NCBI GenBank assembly: GCA_945873195.1
Contig: CAMCDA010000004.1
Location: forward strand, 1,923 to 65,922
Direction: 5' to 3'
DNA length: 64,000 nt
Origin: Asaia bogorensis
GTDB lineage: Bacteria > Pseudomonadota > Alphaproteobacteria > Acetobacterales > Acetobacteraceae
Program-made: the position numbers and the translations under genes
Notes under the pieces: model-generated
The model's input: the letters and a program-made list of their open reading frames with translations, nothing else
Databases searched by the model: none
What the model was told of the DNA's origin: nothing
Part shown: piece after piece, positions 9,610-19,992 of the stretch
Layout of the letters: every line of letters begins with the position of its first letter
Numbering within the stretch: position 1 is the stretch's first letter

Positions 9610-10347
9610 CTATCCGACCGCCCCGGTGGCCAAGGCCTGCGCCCAGCGGGGAAACCCGTTGCGTTCGGCGCAGGCAGCCGCGTCGTCCCAGTCATATTCG
9701 AGGGCGAACAACTCCGCCCCCCAACGTCGGCCACGCCGTGTCAGGATTGCGTAGCGTGCGTGCGGGGAACGATGTTCCAGATGATCCGCGGTCGGCACAT
9801 CGGCGAAGGCCGGGCAACCCACGGTGCCGGGATTGACGATCAGGCAGCCGCCCGGAACCTGGGTCACGCTCTGCCGGTGGCTATGCCCGCAAAGCACGAC
9901 CGCGCGCCCAACTGCGTCGCCCAGCCGTTCCAGCACGACCCCGCGAGAGGCCGGCATCAGGCGGTTGTCGTGGGATTCCTCAGTGAGATAGGTGCTGTCG
10001 CTGGTTGGAGTCCCATGCACCGCCAGCACATCGCCATCAAGCAACAGCCTCGGTGGCAGATCATGCAGCGCCTGCCGCTGTGCCGCGTCCAGAGCCGCCT
10101 GGGCGAAGCGGCCGGCGGGCGGCATCTTCTCCGGCGGGCGGGTCAGCACCCAGCGGTCATGGTTGCCCCTGACCGTCGGCAGCGCCAGCGATTGCAGCAT
10201 CTCGAACGTCTCGCGTGGCCAGAGCGGGCCGGCCACGCAGTCGCCCAGATTGACCGTCGCATCGACATCCCGGTCGCGGATATGCGCCATCACGGCCTCC
10301 AACGCGCGGAGATTGCCGTGGATGTCGGAAATGACCGCGAGGCGCAT
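9610..10347 (-). CDS. Metallophosphoesterase (YfcE-like)
   Basis: ISDIHGN, LGDCV, GNHD, HG and GHSH motifs. Confidence 0.9.
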   Translation of the reverse strand: MRLAVISDIHGNLRALEAVMAHIRDRDVDATVNLGDCVAGPLWPRETFEMLQSLALPTVRGNHDRWVLTRPPEKMPPAGRFAQAALDAAQRQALHDLPPRLLLDGDVLAVHGTPTSDSTYLTEESHDNRLMPASRGVVLERLGDAVGRAVVLCGHSHRQSVTQVPGGCLIVNPGTVGCPAFADVPTADHLEHRSPHARYAILTRRGRRWGAELFALEYDWDDAAACAERNGFPRWAQALATGAVG

Positions 10348-10356
10348 GGTCCGGGT

Positions 10357-10785
10357 TCAGCCCGCGTCGGCGGTCAGGCCGGCAGCGACGATCCCCGCGA
10401 CCGCCGCGGCTTCGTCATTGTCGGAGGTATCGCCGGTCACGCCGACCGCGCCGATGATCTCGCCATCCGCCTTGATCAGCACGCCGCCAGGCACGGGGAT
10501 GAATGGGCCGCTGACGGACGCCGCGAGCGCGCCCACGAAATGCGGCCGCTGCTGCGCCATGCTCTCCAACCGGCGCGATCCGACGCCCATCGCCAGGCTG
10601 CCATTCGCCTTGCCGATCGCGACGACCGAGCGCTGCATCGACGTGCCGTCCTCGGCCGCGAAGGCCTTCAGCGCGCCGCGCGCGTCCAGCACCGCCACGC
10701 CCATCGGCGCGAACTTGCCCGTTCGGCAGTGTTCCAGGGCCACGCGGACGATGGTCTGCGCCTGGGCCAAGGTGAGTGTTGCCAT
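10357..10785 (-). CDS. GlcG/HbpS family heme-binding protein
   Basis: VAVLDARG...AIGKA...GGVLI...IGAVGVTG...DEAAA. Confidence 0.88.
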   Translation of the reverse strand: MATLTLAQAQTIVRVALEHCRTGKFAPMGVAVLDARGALKAFAAEDGTSMQRSVVAIGKANGSLAMGVGSRRLESMAQQRPHFVGALAASVSGPFIPVPGGVLIKADGEIIGAVGVTGDTSDNDEAAAVAGIVAAGLTADAG

Positions 10786-10807
10786 GATGATGCCTTCCCT
10801 TTGTTGA

Positions 10808-11989
10808 TTACAGGAACGACCCGTCCGGGTCGCCGTGGAACATGACCCGGCCGACCGCCTCGAAATGCGCGTCGCGGGCCTGGATTTGTTGGGACAGCGT
10901 GTGCATGTCGCGGAACCGCCGCTCGAACGGCGTGCCGAGGAAGATCGCCGACACGCCGGCGGCCTTGTAGACATAGTCCGCGATCTCGATCGCCGTGTTG
11001 ATGCCGTGGGCGCAGCCCAACCGCACCCGCATCCGCTCGTTGGTGCCGATCGGTTCGATGTCGTCGGCCGATTCCCAGATATCCTTCAGGATTTCCGTCA
11101 GATAGGCCCGCGCGGCGCCAACGTTGGCTTCCCGACGGGCGAGATCGGCCTGGACGATGGGGCTGTCGGACAGGCGGATATGGCCGCGTGGCACCTTGTC
11201 CTTTGCCAGGCTTGTGAAGGAATCCAGCATGGCGCGGGCGATGCCAAACGCGACGCCGGCGACGCCCACCGCGTACAGCCCCTGCATTGTGAAGGCATAG
11301 AGTGGCCCGCGATCCCGCCGCAGAGCCGGGTCCTCGCGTGTGCCGGTGAAACCCTCCGGCACGAACAGGTCGGTGACCGAATAGCCCTCGGACGCCGTGC
11401 CGCGCATGCCCAGCGTGTTCCAGTCATGGATCGGCGTCGCGTGGTGCTTGGGGAACAGCAGGGTCCGCACGGTCGGGCGGCCGAACCGGTTCAGGCGCAG
11501 CGAGCCATCGGGTTCCTGCACGTTGCAATGCGCGCCCATCCAGTTCGCCTGGCGCGACCCGCTGGCGAAATGCCACTGGCCGGAGACGCGGTAGCCACCC
11601 TCGACCGCGATGGCCCTGTATTGATTGGGCGGTCCCCAGGCGATCCAGCCGCGCTTGTCGCCGAAGATCGTCTGTGCCGCCGGCAGCGGAATGAACGGCG
11701 CGATCAGCGCGGCGCTGTTCGACACGAACAGGTTCCAGCCAACCGAGCCATCGTGGCGGGCGATTTCCTCGATCGCGCGCATATAGACCCACGGCTCCAC
11801 CTGGTCGCCGCCAACTGATCGGGGCAGCAGCATCCGCGGCAGGCGGGCGTCGTGGATCTGGGACAGGACGGGTTCGGGGATGGCCTGCGCCCGCTCGATC
11901 TCATCCGCGACCGCTGCGATGGCGGGGCCGACATCCCGCGCGCGGGCAACCGGGTCCACCCCGAGAGAAGACGCGCCGATATGGTTCAT
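10808..11989 (-). CDS. Acyl-CoA dehydrogenase-fold flavin monooxygenase (HsaA-like)
   Basis: VSGQWHFASG, WNTLGMRGTAS, ERRFRD. Confidence 0.88.
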   Translation of the reverse strand: MNHIGASSLGVDPVARARDVGPAIAAVADEIERAQAIPEPVLSQIHDARLPRMLLPRSVGGDQVEPWVYMRAIEEIARHDGSVGWNLFVSNSAALIAPFIPLPAAQTIFGDKRGWIAWGPPNQYRAIAVEGGYRVSGQWHFASGSRQANWMGAHCNVQEPDGSLRLNRFGRPTVRTLLFPKHHATPIHDWNTLGMRGTASEGYSVTDLFVPEGFTGTREDPALRRDRGPLYAFTMQGLYAVGVAGVAFGIARAMLDSFTSLAKDKVPRGHIRLSDSPIVQADLARREANVGAARAYLTEILKDIWESADDIEPIGTNERMRVRLGCAHGINTAIEIADYVYKAAGVSAIFLGTPFERRFRDMHTLSQQIQARDAHFEAVGRVMFHGDPDGSFL

Positions 11990-12083
11990 GGGGCCGTTCC
12001 GTCCGAGTTTCCGTGCTGATTACCGGCCCCGTTTGGCTGGATTGTCAACGGCCGGTGATATCCCAGCAAAACAATTCCCGCGT

Positions 12084-13259
12084 GTGCTTCATTGCTTCCC
12101 TACCCCGTCGTTCGTTAAGACGGGGCGTTACGTCAGGCGCGGCCGAACCAGCGGGAGATGGCGCATTTCGCTCAGGGTCATTCGACATGTTCGTGGGCCG
12201 CGCTCGGTTTGGCGGCGCATCCGCATCCCGGCGGTGCTGGCGTTGCTGTGCCTGGTTGGGGTGACGGTCTGGGCTGTCCGCGAACGGGCCTCCGCCCCGG
12301 CCAACCCGGTCGAGACCCGCGTCGAACCTGTGCGCCAGGCCCGTAATCCGCCGACCCGGATCGAGTCCCGGCAGGTCCCGCTGCCACCCGGGGACTGGCG
12401 CATGCTCGCGCGCATCCCGGCGGAGGGAGAGGAGTCCCAGGCGCCCCAGGCCAGCATGGTGCTGGTGCGGCTGAACGGGCGGGATGTCGATGCCGCCGTG
12501 CTGGTGCAGGTCAATCGGTTGGGCCATCGGGTGCATTGGGGCCTGCCGCCGGCCTGCGCGCGGGACGATTTCATCCCCCGCCGCGTGCTGTATGCCTCGG
12601 ATCACGACGGGTCCTGCGCCTATGCCGCCTTCGCCGATGGCACCGGGCCGCTGACCGGCGTGCCGATCGACCCAGCCTGGCAACGCGCGATGCGAGAGGC
12701 CGTGGATCGCGGCTGGAACGTGCCGGCGACATGGTTGGCGGTCGTGTTCCGCAAGACAGATCCGGAAGATGCGCTGCAGATCCGGTATCTGTTTCATCCC
12801 TGGCCGATCGAGCAATCGCAGCCGCCGATCTCGGCCGCATGGCGCCGGATTCAGGCGGATCGGCTGGCGTTGTGGATCGAGGCCACGGCGCCCCGGGTCA
12901 GCGCCGCGTTCCGCGACCGCCTGCGCACCGGGCTGGACGCGACACTGACCGACCCGGAACAGCCGGTCGGAAAGGACGGTGATCCGACCAAGGACCGCGA
13001 CGCCGCGGCTCTGGATGAGGCCAGCCGAACCAGCACCGCGCGGGCGATGTCCTATCGGATGTTCGCCTCGATGGCGGATTTCGGGGTGCTGTGGCTGTAT
13101 CTGGGCAATGCCGTGACGGCATCGACGCTGGCGACGCTGAAATTCGCCGCGCAGGGGGCGACGAGCGCCACGCATGAGTATGTGTGGTCGCTGTTGGCGC
13201 CGCCGATCGCACAGCATGACCTGCCGGGCGTGGGCGTGGAAACCCCGCTGCCGCGCTAG
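12084..13259 (+). CDS. Membrane-anchored protein: unknown Cys-containing domain plus C-terminal DUF2061-like hairpin (start uncertain)
   Basis: N-terminal TM (PAVLALLCLVGVTVWAV); QVPLPPGDWR...C...CAYA domain; C-terminal RAMSYRMFASMADFGVLWLYLGN...THEYVW. Confidence 0.7.
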   Translation: MLHCFPTPSFVKTGRYVRRGRTSGRWRISLRVIRHVRGPRSVWRRIRIPAVLALLCLVGVTVWAVRERASAPANPVETRVEPVRQARNPPTRIESRQVPLPPGDWRMLARIPAEGEESQAPQASMVLVRLNGRDVDAAVLVQVNRLGHRVHWGLPPACARDDFIPRRVLYASDHDGSCAYAAFADGTGPLTGVPIDPAWQRAMREAVDRGWNVPATWLAVVFRKTDPEDALQIRYLFHPWPIEQSQPPISAAWRRIQADRLALWIEATAPRVSAAFRDRLRTGLDATLTDPEQPVGKDGDPTKDRDAAALDEASRTSTARAMSYRMFASMADFGVLWLYLGNAVTASTLATLKFAAQGATSATHEYVWSLLAPPIAQHDLPGVGVETPLPR

Positions 13260-13296
13260 ATAGCGCCCCGGTCAGCGACCAGGGCGCGTCCCGTCG

Positions 13297-13587
13297 TCAG
13301 GACTTCGGCGTGGACCCGAGATTGACCTCGATCTGCCGGCCGCCGTACCACATATGCGCCAGGTAGCCGCCGAAGATGCCGCCGACGACGACGCCCAACT
13401 CGGTGGAGAACAAGGCTTCCCCAACAACGATCCCGCCGATGATTCCGACGCCGACCGCGACGATATGGGCGGGGCGAATGACGATCGTTGCTTCTGTCGG
13501 CGTGCCGGCGGCGGCTGGTTGCGCGAGCGCGGGTTGCATCGTGAACGCCATGGACACCGCGAACGCGGCGGGCAGAACTGACTTCAT
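13297..13587 (-). CDS. Small signal-peptide / Gly-zipper membrane protein (96 aa)
   Basis: MKSVLPAAFAVSMAFTMQPALA signal; two GxxxG-rich helices. Confidence 0.75.
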   Translation of the reverse strand: MKSVLPAAFAVSMAFTMQPALAQPAAAGTPTEATIVIRPAHIVAVGVGIIGGIVVGEALFSTELGVVVGGIFGGYLAHMWYGGRQIEVNLGSTPKS

Positions 13588-13841
13588 CTGGTGTGACCCC
13601 TTGGGTTGGCATTGCGCCGGCGGCTCAGGTCGCGCTGGCGTGTCTGGACGTTGAACCACTCCGTTCCGAATTTCAACCATGGGATGTGATCCGCGTGGCT
13701 TTGCCCCGACCTGTGACCAGATCGGCACGATGCCTGAATATGCGCGTGATCCGCTTGATTCTTCCGGGAGGTGGCCAGACATAGGAAGTATCGCCGGTTC
13801 GGCCGCTTTGCCGAACGGCTCCAACCGAGGCAGGTCTTGCC

Positions 13842-14495
13842 ATGCATCATTCGTTTCGTCCCTGGCGGTCCGGTCGGTTCCCCGGCCTGATGGCGGCTCT
13901 TCTGGCCACCGTGGCGCTTGCCGCCCCGGTCCGTGCCGCTGATCCGCCTCCCGCTGCCCCCCCGGTTGCCCCGGGCCAGGCCATGACAGCCGAGGACCTG
14001 GCGAAATCAGCCGAGGAAATGGCGCGTTCGGCCGGCGAAGTGGCGAAATCCGTCGGCGGGGCGGTCGGTGGCGCCATCGGCAGCCTGTGGAACGACGTGA
14101 CCAGCAAGATCGCCCCAGGCCCGCCGACCGATCATCTGCCCGCGCAGATCAGTGAGGAAGACAAGCAGTTCTTCGCGATCCTGGAAACGATCGGCCTGCA
14201 ATTGAAGGACGTGAACGTCAGCAAGGGCCTGATCCCCAGCGCGAGCTACCGCTTCGTCGCCGCGCGGGAACCCTTGGATACCGATATCGCCAAGGCCGAG
14301 GCCCTGCTGCGCGCCTATCGCGACGGTAACGACGGCATGCGCGCCCGCGCCAAGCAGCGGATCGCGCGTTCGACGCTGGATACGGTGGCGACCGCGGGGG
14401 TCGTGCTCAGCGGGATGGATGTGACGCTGTCACCCTGGCCGGACGCCAGCTACCAGATCGCCAACAAGCCCAAGGCCGAAGCGCCCAAGCCGTAA
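13842..14495 (+). CDS. Hypothetical exported protein
   Basis: Signal peptide ending APVRA-AD; GAVGGAIG segment. Confidence 0.75.
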   Translation: MHHSFRPWRSGRFPGLMAALLATVALAAPVRAADPPPAAPPVAPGQAMTAEDLAKSAEEMARSAGEVAKSVGGAVGGAIGSLWNDVTSKIAPGPPTDHLPAQISEEDKQFFAILETIGLQLKDVNVSKGLIPSASYRFVAAREPLDTDIAKAEALLRAYRDGNDGMRARAKQRIARSTLDTVATAGVVLSGMDVTLSPWPDASYQIANKPKAEAPKP

Positions 14496-14504
14496 GCGGG
14501 TTGC

Positions 14505-14774
14505 TTACGGCTGCACGCGGCTCGCGGTGCGGCGCTCCGGGATCACGATCTGCTGGGTGGAGAAGTCGCTGGAGGTGCGGAGCAATTCGTTGATCTGCGC
14601 TTCCTCCTTCGAAAGGTCGCGCATCGCCGGCGAGTCGTTGACACGATGGCTCCAGAACGCATCCGCATAAAACGTCTGATACCAGTCCTGCACCGCGTTG
14701 ACCGTGATATCAACCATCACGGTTCCCAGCAGCGCGCCGCCTGCGATCAAGGTCGTGACCGAGAATGGGCCCAT
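14505..14774 (-). CDS. Small hypothetical protein with an N-terminal hydrophobic helix; last gene of the RND operon
   Basis: Starts 14 nt after the RND stop; TLIAGGALLGTVMVDITV. Confidence 0.6.
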   Translation of the reverse strand: MGPFSVTTLIAGGALLGTVMVDITVNAVQDWYQTFYADAFWSHRVNDSPAMRDLSKEEAQINELLRTSSDFSTQQIVIPERRTASRVQP

Positions 14775-14788
14775 GACGCGTTACTCCG

Positions 14789-17700
14789 TCAGAAGGTTTC
14801 GTAAGCCAGCTTTTCGTTCGCCGCGATGACTTTACGCAAGGCTTTTTCGCCGAACAGTTGAAACAGCAACGGTGTTGTGAACGTATCCAATAGGGTAGAG
14901 CTGATCAATCCACCGAAAATTGCAACCGCAACGGGGTGCAAAATCTCCGTCCCGGCGCTGTCCGAGCTCCAGAGCAGCGGCGTCAACGCCAACCCTGCCG
15001 CCAGCGCGGTCATCAGAACCGGCATCAGCCGTTCCGCCGACCCGCGCATTACCAGGTCGCGACCCAGCGGCATACCTTCATGAAGGTGAAGGTTGATGAA
15101 GTGGCTGACCTTAAGCAGGGAATTCCGCACGGCCACGCCGGTCACCGCGATGAACCCGATCAGCGCCGCGAGGTCGAGGTCGAGCCCCGTGATCCATAGC
15201 GCCGCGACACTGCCGACCAGCGCCAGCGGGATGTTGCCCATGATGACCAGGCACAGCACGGCCGAACGGAACCGCTGGTGCAGCAGCATGAACATCAGGA
15301 ACAGCGCGACGGGGGACAGCAGGCCGAGCTTGACGCGGGCTTCCTCGCCCTGGCGGAAATCGCCGTCGAGTACGATGTGGTTCCCGGGCGGCAGCTTGGT
15401 CTTGGCGACGACCTCTCGGACCTTGGCGACGATCCCGGCCAGATCCGAGGTTCCATCCGAATTCGCCATCACCGCGATTCGCCGCTGCCCATCCTCATGC
15501 ATGATCCTGCTCGGCCCCACCGAGCTGGTGATGGTCGCGAACGACGACAGCGGCACCGGGCCGCCTGGCGTGTCGAAGCGCATCCGTTCCAGCGCCTGCG
15601 GATTGCGGTCTTCGTTCCGCAGCCGGATGGTGACATCGAACCGCCGGCCATTTTCAATCACCTGGGAGACAACCTGTCCGTTGGTCAGGGTACCGAGGCG
15701 GCCAATGATGTCGGCGGGAATGACCCCGAACAGGGCGGCGCGTTGGTAGTCGATGGAGATGCGCTGCTGCGGCACGAACGTCTGCTGCTCCACCGCCAGA
15801 TCGACCAGGCCGTGGATACGGCCCAGCTCCACCTTCAGCTTTTCCGCGATGATGCGGATCGTTGGCAGGTCGCGGCCGAACACCTTCAAAACGATATCGC
15901 CACGGACCATGTTGTCCTGCGATTGCATGCGTTCCAGGAGGAACTGCGTGACGTTGACCTCACCCGGGAAGATCGAGATGCGCCGGCGGACCTCGGCCAT
16001 CAGTTCCTTGAGCGAGCGTCCCTGGTCGAGCTTGATCTTCAGCGGCCATTCATTGTCGTTCACCGGATCGACGTCGGAATCCCCATCGTAGCGGCCGCTG
16101 CGCCGGGACATCGCCTTGACCTCGGGGATGTCCATCAGGAACTGCTCGGCGACATGGCCGATCCGGTAGGACTCGGCGATGGAGGTATCCGGCGCGAGCA
16201 GCAGCGTGACGTAGACATTCCCCTCATTCAGTTGCGGCAGGAACGACCGCGGTAGGAACGGCACCGAGAGCATTGAGACCGCGACGCACAGCCCGGCGAA
16301 AGCCAGCACGGGGCGCGGCCGGTCCAGCACCCAGCCCAGCGCTCGGCTGTTCAGGCGCTTCAGACGATGGACCAGCACGCCGCCGTGCTCCCGGTTCAGC
16401 GCCTTCATGTTCGGGATGAAATAGGAGCACAGCGCCGGCGTGACGGTGATCGACACGATCAGGCTGACGACGATCGACACCACAAAGGCGGTGGCCAGCG
16501 GCATGAACATGCGCCCGACCTGGCCCGGCATCGCCAGCAGGGGAATGAACACGATCAGCACCACGGCGGTCGCGTACAGAATGCCCGAGCGCACTTCCTG
16601 GGACGCGCGGGCGATCACGGCCATGGCGGGCTCCGGCCGTTCCCGCCGCCGGTTCTCGCCCAGGCGGCGCATGATGTTCTCGACGTCCACGACCGCGTCA
16701 TCGACCAGTACGCCAATGCCGATCGCGATCCCACCCAGGGTCATGGTGTTCAGCGACGTGCCCATCAAGTGGAACACGATCAGGCTACTGACCAGCGACA
16801 CCGGGATCGCGAGCAGGGAGATCACGGTCGGCTGTAGCGACCCCAGGAAGACGACCAGCACGATGGCGACGATGACCACGGCGTCGCGCAGCACCAACCC
16901 GACATTGCCGATCGCCTCCTTGATCATGTCGGCCTGGCTGAAGGAGATAAGGCCGAGCTTGATGGTGGGCGGCGCGCTGGTTTGGAGGTCGGCGAGGGCG
17001 GCTTCGATGCGATCGGTCACCTGGACCGTGTTCGCCTGGGGCTGCTTGACGATCGACAGATTGACGGACGGCTGGCCATTGAACGCGGCCTGTCCCTGGC
17101 GCACGGCCGGCGCGAAGGTGACCTCTCCGACCTGGCCCAGCAGCACCGGCACCCGATCGCGATAGGCCACGACGAGGGATCGCATGTCGTCCTGGCTGGT
17201 CGTGCGGCTGATGTTGCGCAATGCGTAGCTGGTGCCCTGCACATCGGCGACGCCGCCGCTCGTGTTGCTGGCAAACCGTTCGAGCGTCGTTTCCACATCG
17301 CTGAGCGTGACGCCGAAATACTGCATCAGGTCGAGGTTGGGCGTGAATTGATAGGTCCGAACCTGGCCGCCGATGGCGAAGACCTGCGAAACGCCCTCGA
17401 TCGCCAGCAGGCGGGGGCGCACCACCCAGTCCACGTACCCCCGCAGCGCCATCGGGCTTTCGCCGCCGATGACGCCCATGTGCATGATTAGCCCGGTTGC
17501 CGCCGACATCGGTGCCAGGTTTGGGATGACGCCATCGGGTAGTTGCGACCGCACCGACTGCATGCGTTCGGCGACGAACTGGCGGTTGCGGAAATTATCC
17601 GTGCCCCAGGCGAACACCACCTGGAAATAGGCGACCGAGGCGTTGGAACTGCTCCGCACGCTGGTGACGCCGGTCAGGCCGGTCAGCGCCTGCTCGATCG

Positions 17701-17902
17701 GCACGACGACAAGCTGCTCGACCTCCTCGGCCGTGAGCGTGCCGGATTCGGCGGTCAGCACGACGGATGGCGGGCGGGTTTCGGGCAGCAGGTCGATCGG
17801 CATGTCGCGCGCGATCAGGGTGCCCCAGACCAGCAGCACCGCGGTCACGATAAGGACCAGGACGCGATGGCGCAGGCTGGCCGAGACGATCGCCGCGAAC
17901 AT
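14789..17902 (-). CDS. CusA/CzcA (HME-type) RND efflux permease
   Basis: 1037 aa; MPIDLLPE, GIAIGIGVLVDDAVVDVEN, GFIAVTGVAVRN, PVLMTALAAGLALTPL. Confidence 0.93.
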   Translation of the reverse strand: MFAAIVSASLRHRVLVLIVTAVLLVWGTLIARDMPIDLLPETRPPSVVLTAESGTLTAEEVEQLVVVPIEQALTGLTGVTSVRSSSNASVAYFQVVFAWGTDNFRNRQFVAERMQSVRSQLPDGVIPNLAPMSAATGLIMHMGVIGGESPMALRGYVDWVVRPRLLAIEGVSQVFAIGGQVRTYQFTPNLDLMQYFGVTLSDVETTLERFASNTSGGVADVQGTSYALRNISRTTSQDDMRSLVVAYRDRVPVLLGQVGEVTFAPAVRQGQAAFNGQPSVNLSIVKQPQANTVQVTDRIEAALADLQTSAPPTIKLGLISFSQADMIKEAIGNVGLVLRDAVVIVAIVLVVFLGSLQPTVISLLAIPVSLVSSLIVFHLMGTSLNTMTLGGIAIGIGVLVDDAVVDVENIMRRLGENRRRERPEPAMAVIARASQEVRSGILYATAVVLIVFIPLLAMPGQVGRMFMPLATAFVVSIVVSLIVSITVTPALCSYFIPNMKALNREHGGVLVHRLKRLNSRALGWVLDRPRPVLAFAGLCVAVSMLSVPFLPRSFLPQLNEGNVYVTLLLAPDTSIAESYRIGHVAEQFLMDIPEVKAMSRRSGRYDGDSDVDPVNDNEWPLKIKLDQGRSLKELMAEVRRRISIFPGEVNVTQFLLERMQSQDNMVRGDIVLKVFGRDLPTIRIIAEKLKVELGRIHGLVDLAVEQQTFVPQQRISIDYQRAALFGVIPADIIGRLGTLTNGQVVSQVIENGRRFDVTIRLRNEDRNPQALERMRFDTPGGPVPLSSFATITSSVGPSRIMHEDGQRRIAVMANSDGTSDLAGIVAKVREVVAKTKLPPGNHIVLDGDFRQGEEARVKLGLLSPVALFLMFMLLHQRFRSAVLCLVIMGNIPLALVGSVAALWITGLDLDLAALIGFIAVTGVAVRNSLLKVSHFINLHLHEGMPLGRDLVMRGSAERLMPVLMTALAAGLALTPLLWSSDSAGTEILHPVAVAIFGGLISSTLLDTFTTPLLFQLFGEKALRKVIAANEKLAYETF

Positions 17903-18466
17903 CTAGATCGGCCGCAGCGCGGGCCGCTTCTGTCCGCGCCGGCGCACGATCATCGACCCGAGGAGGATGCCGATTCCGCCCGCCGCCAGGGCAATCAGGA
18001 CCTTGTCCCGGAACCCGCCGCCGTCGCCGGCGACCGCGCTTTCCGACGGGGGCGGATAGATGATCTCGGCTATCGCATCGCCCGTGCCGGCGGCCGCATT
18101 GACCGAGACCACGAAGGTATCCCGCAGCCGGCCATTCAGCGCGAAGGGGCCGACGAACAGGCCCTGGCTGACCTGGTTGAGCGTGACCGGCGTGCCCTCG
18201 GCCGTCGTGATGGTCAGCGTCGCGTCGTCGGCGGGGGCGTTGTTGTCCACCCGGTCGACGAAGGCGTGCAATTTGCCATCGGCCGCGATAAGCACGACCG
18301 CGACGCCGCCGATTTCCACCACCACGCGGGGGGCCACCGGGTTGCCGTCGTCATCATCGCCGGCGCGCGCGGGGGCGATGCCGAGCAGCAGCCCGAAGGC
18401 CAGGACGGCGGCGAACAGCCATACAGGAAGACAGCGCGTGCCCGACATTCTGGTTTCCGCCTTCAT
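17903..18466 (-). CDS. Exported accessory protein of the RND operon (signal peptide plus C-terminal TM)
   Basis: ATGA overlap with the MFP stop; TAG abuts the RND ATG; VLIAADGKLHAFVDRVDNNAP resembles N-terminal domains fused to some alphaproteobacterial MFPs. Confidence 0.72.
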   Translation of the reverse strand: MKAETRMSGTRCLPVWLFAAVLAFGLLLGIAPARAGDDDDGNPVAPRVVVEIGGVAVVLIAADGKLHAFVDRVDNNAPADDATLTITTAEGTPVTLNQVSQGLFVGPFALNGRLRDTFVVSVNAAAGTGDAIAEIIYPPPSESAVAGDGGGFRDKVLIALAAGGIGILLGSMIVRRRGQKRPALRPI

Positions 18467-19992
18467 TGCAGTTGCGCCATCAGGCGGGAGCCATTGATGA
18501 CGATGCGCGCGCCCGCGGCCACACCGTCCACCACCAGGATGGAGGTGCCGTCGATCACGCGGGTTCGCACCGGGTGCGGCACGAAGGTCTCGGCGGCGGT
18601 CTGTTCCCAGACTTCCTCGACGCCCGAACTGCCCTGGGTCACCGCGGACCGGTTCAGGAGGATGCCGCGCTGGCTCTGGCCGGTGTTGACGACGGTCACG
18701 CTGACCGGCCGGCCGACGCTCAGGCCGGCGGGCGGATTTTCGATCCGGTACATGATTGGCGTGGACTGCCGAGCAACCGAGAGGCCGGAGCCGACAAAGC
18801 GCAGGGTCAGGTTGATGCCTTCCGGGGTAGTGGCCGCGGCGACCGGCGTGCCGCGCGCGGCCTCGGCGATCGCGGGATTGGACGCGGTGGCCTCGATCCA
18901 CAGGCGGGTCGGATCGATGACCTCGAACATCACCTCTCCGGGCTGGACGATCCGGCCGTTGACGGCCGATGTCGTGGAGACGATCCCGTCGGTGAGCGCG
19001 CGCAGGGCTTCGCGCAATTCCAGCATCGGCAGCAGGGCATCGCGTTCGCGGCGGAGGCCGGACAGGCGCTGTTCGGCCTGGTAGATCTTGCCTTCGCGGA
19101 ACGGCACCCAGGTGAACTGGCGCAGGATTTCCAGCGCCTCGGTTTCCAGGCGGATGTCGGTGGTCAGGCGGGTGACATCGCGGCGGACCTGGCTGCGATC
19201 GACGACGCCGATGGATGGCGACACCCAGGCAAGCGTCTCGCCCTGCTTCACCGCCTGGCCCAGGGTCGGGAAGCCGGTATCGGGCGGTTCCAGCCGGCCG
19301 GGCACGCTGGGCTGCACCGTGCCGTGCAGCGACGGGTCGGGCACGATCCGGCCCGAGATCTGCCGGACATCCGGGACATCGATCACGCGGGCCTGCTCGG
19401 TGCGGACGTTGAACAGACGTTGCAGCGGTTTGGGCACGAAAAACGACCCGTCTTCCCGCCGGTTGCTGCGGTCGTAGACGAAATTGGCGATCAGGCCGGG
19501 ATCGACCTCATCCTGCGGGCCGATCGGCATGGTGGGGGAGGGCGGGATCGCCGGCTGCTCGGGCATCCGAGCGGCGGCGCGCAACGGTTCCATCACGGGC
19601 GGCGCGGACGCCGGCGTCGCGGCTGGCACGGGGCGTGGGCGAGGCGGCGGTTCGGCGGCGCGGGGCGGCAGGATCGGCGTGGAGTTGACCCCCAGCAGAT
19701 ACGACACCTCCCACAAGAACTGGCCTGTGCCGCCGGGGATATTGGCGATGCCGGTGGCGGTCCAGGCGATCGCGTCCAGCGTCGCGCCCACGGCGGAGCC
19801 CAGATAGGACCCGGTCGCGGCCGGTTTTGGCGGCGGCGGCGCGGGCTGGGCATGGGACCTCAGGGACGGATCTTCCTCCGGCACGCGGTCGGCGATGCTC
19901 CGGTCCTGCAAACCTTGCGCCGGCACGAGGCTGGTGGAGTAGGCGATCACCGCAACCGTCAGCGTGGCCAGGCGCCACGGCGCGCGCATCAT
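18463..19992 (-). CDS. RND periplasmic adaptor (MFP) with a long Pro-rich N-terminal extension
   Basis: ISGRIVPDP...VQPSVPGRL...LGQAVKQGETLA; LRALTDGIV...GRIVQPGEVMFEVIDPTRLWIEA. Confidence 0.9.
   Translation of the reverse strand: MMRAPWRLATLTVAVIAYSTSLVPAQGLQDRSIADRVPEEDPSLRSHAQPAPPPPKPAATGSYLGSAVGATLDAIAWTATGIANIPGGTGQFLWEVSYLLGVNSTPILPPRAAEPPPRPRPVPAATPASAPPVMEPLRAAARMPEQPAIPPSPTMPIGPQDEVDPGLIANFVYDRSNRREDGSFFVPKPLQRLFNVRTEQARVIDVPDVRQISGRIVPDPSLHGTVQPSVPGRLEPPDTGFPTLGQAVKQGETLAWVSPSIGVVDRSQVRRDVTRLTTDIRLETEALEILRQFTWVPFREGKIYQAEQRLSGLRRERDALLPMLELREALRALTDGIVSTTSAVNGRIVQPGEVMFEVIDPTRLWIEATASNPAIAEAARGTPVAAATTPEGINLTLRFVGSGLSVARQSTPIMYRIENPPAGLSVGRPVSVTVVNTGQSQRGILLNRSAVTQGSSGVEEVWEQTAAETFVPHPVRTRVIDGTSILVVDGVAAGARIVINGSRLMAQLQ

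Noticed and set aside
14980-15040. RND TM motif reads ERLMPVLMT instead of RLRP
   Set aside because: Non-Arg residues at this position are, to my knowledge, common in this HME subfamily; not evidence of inactivation
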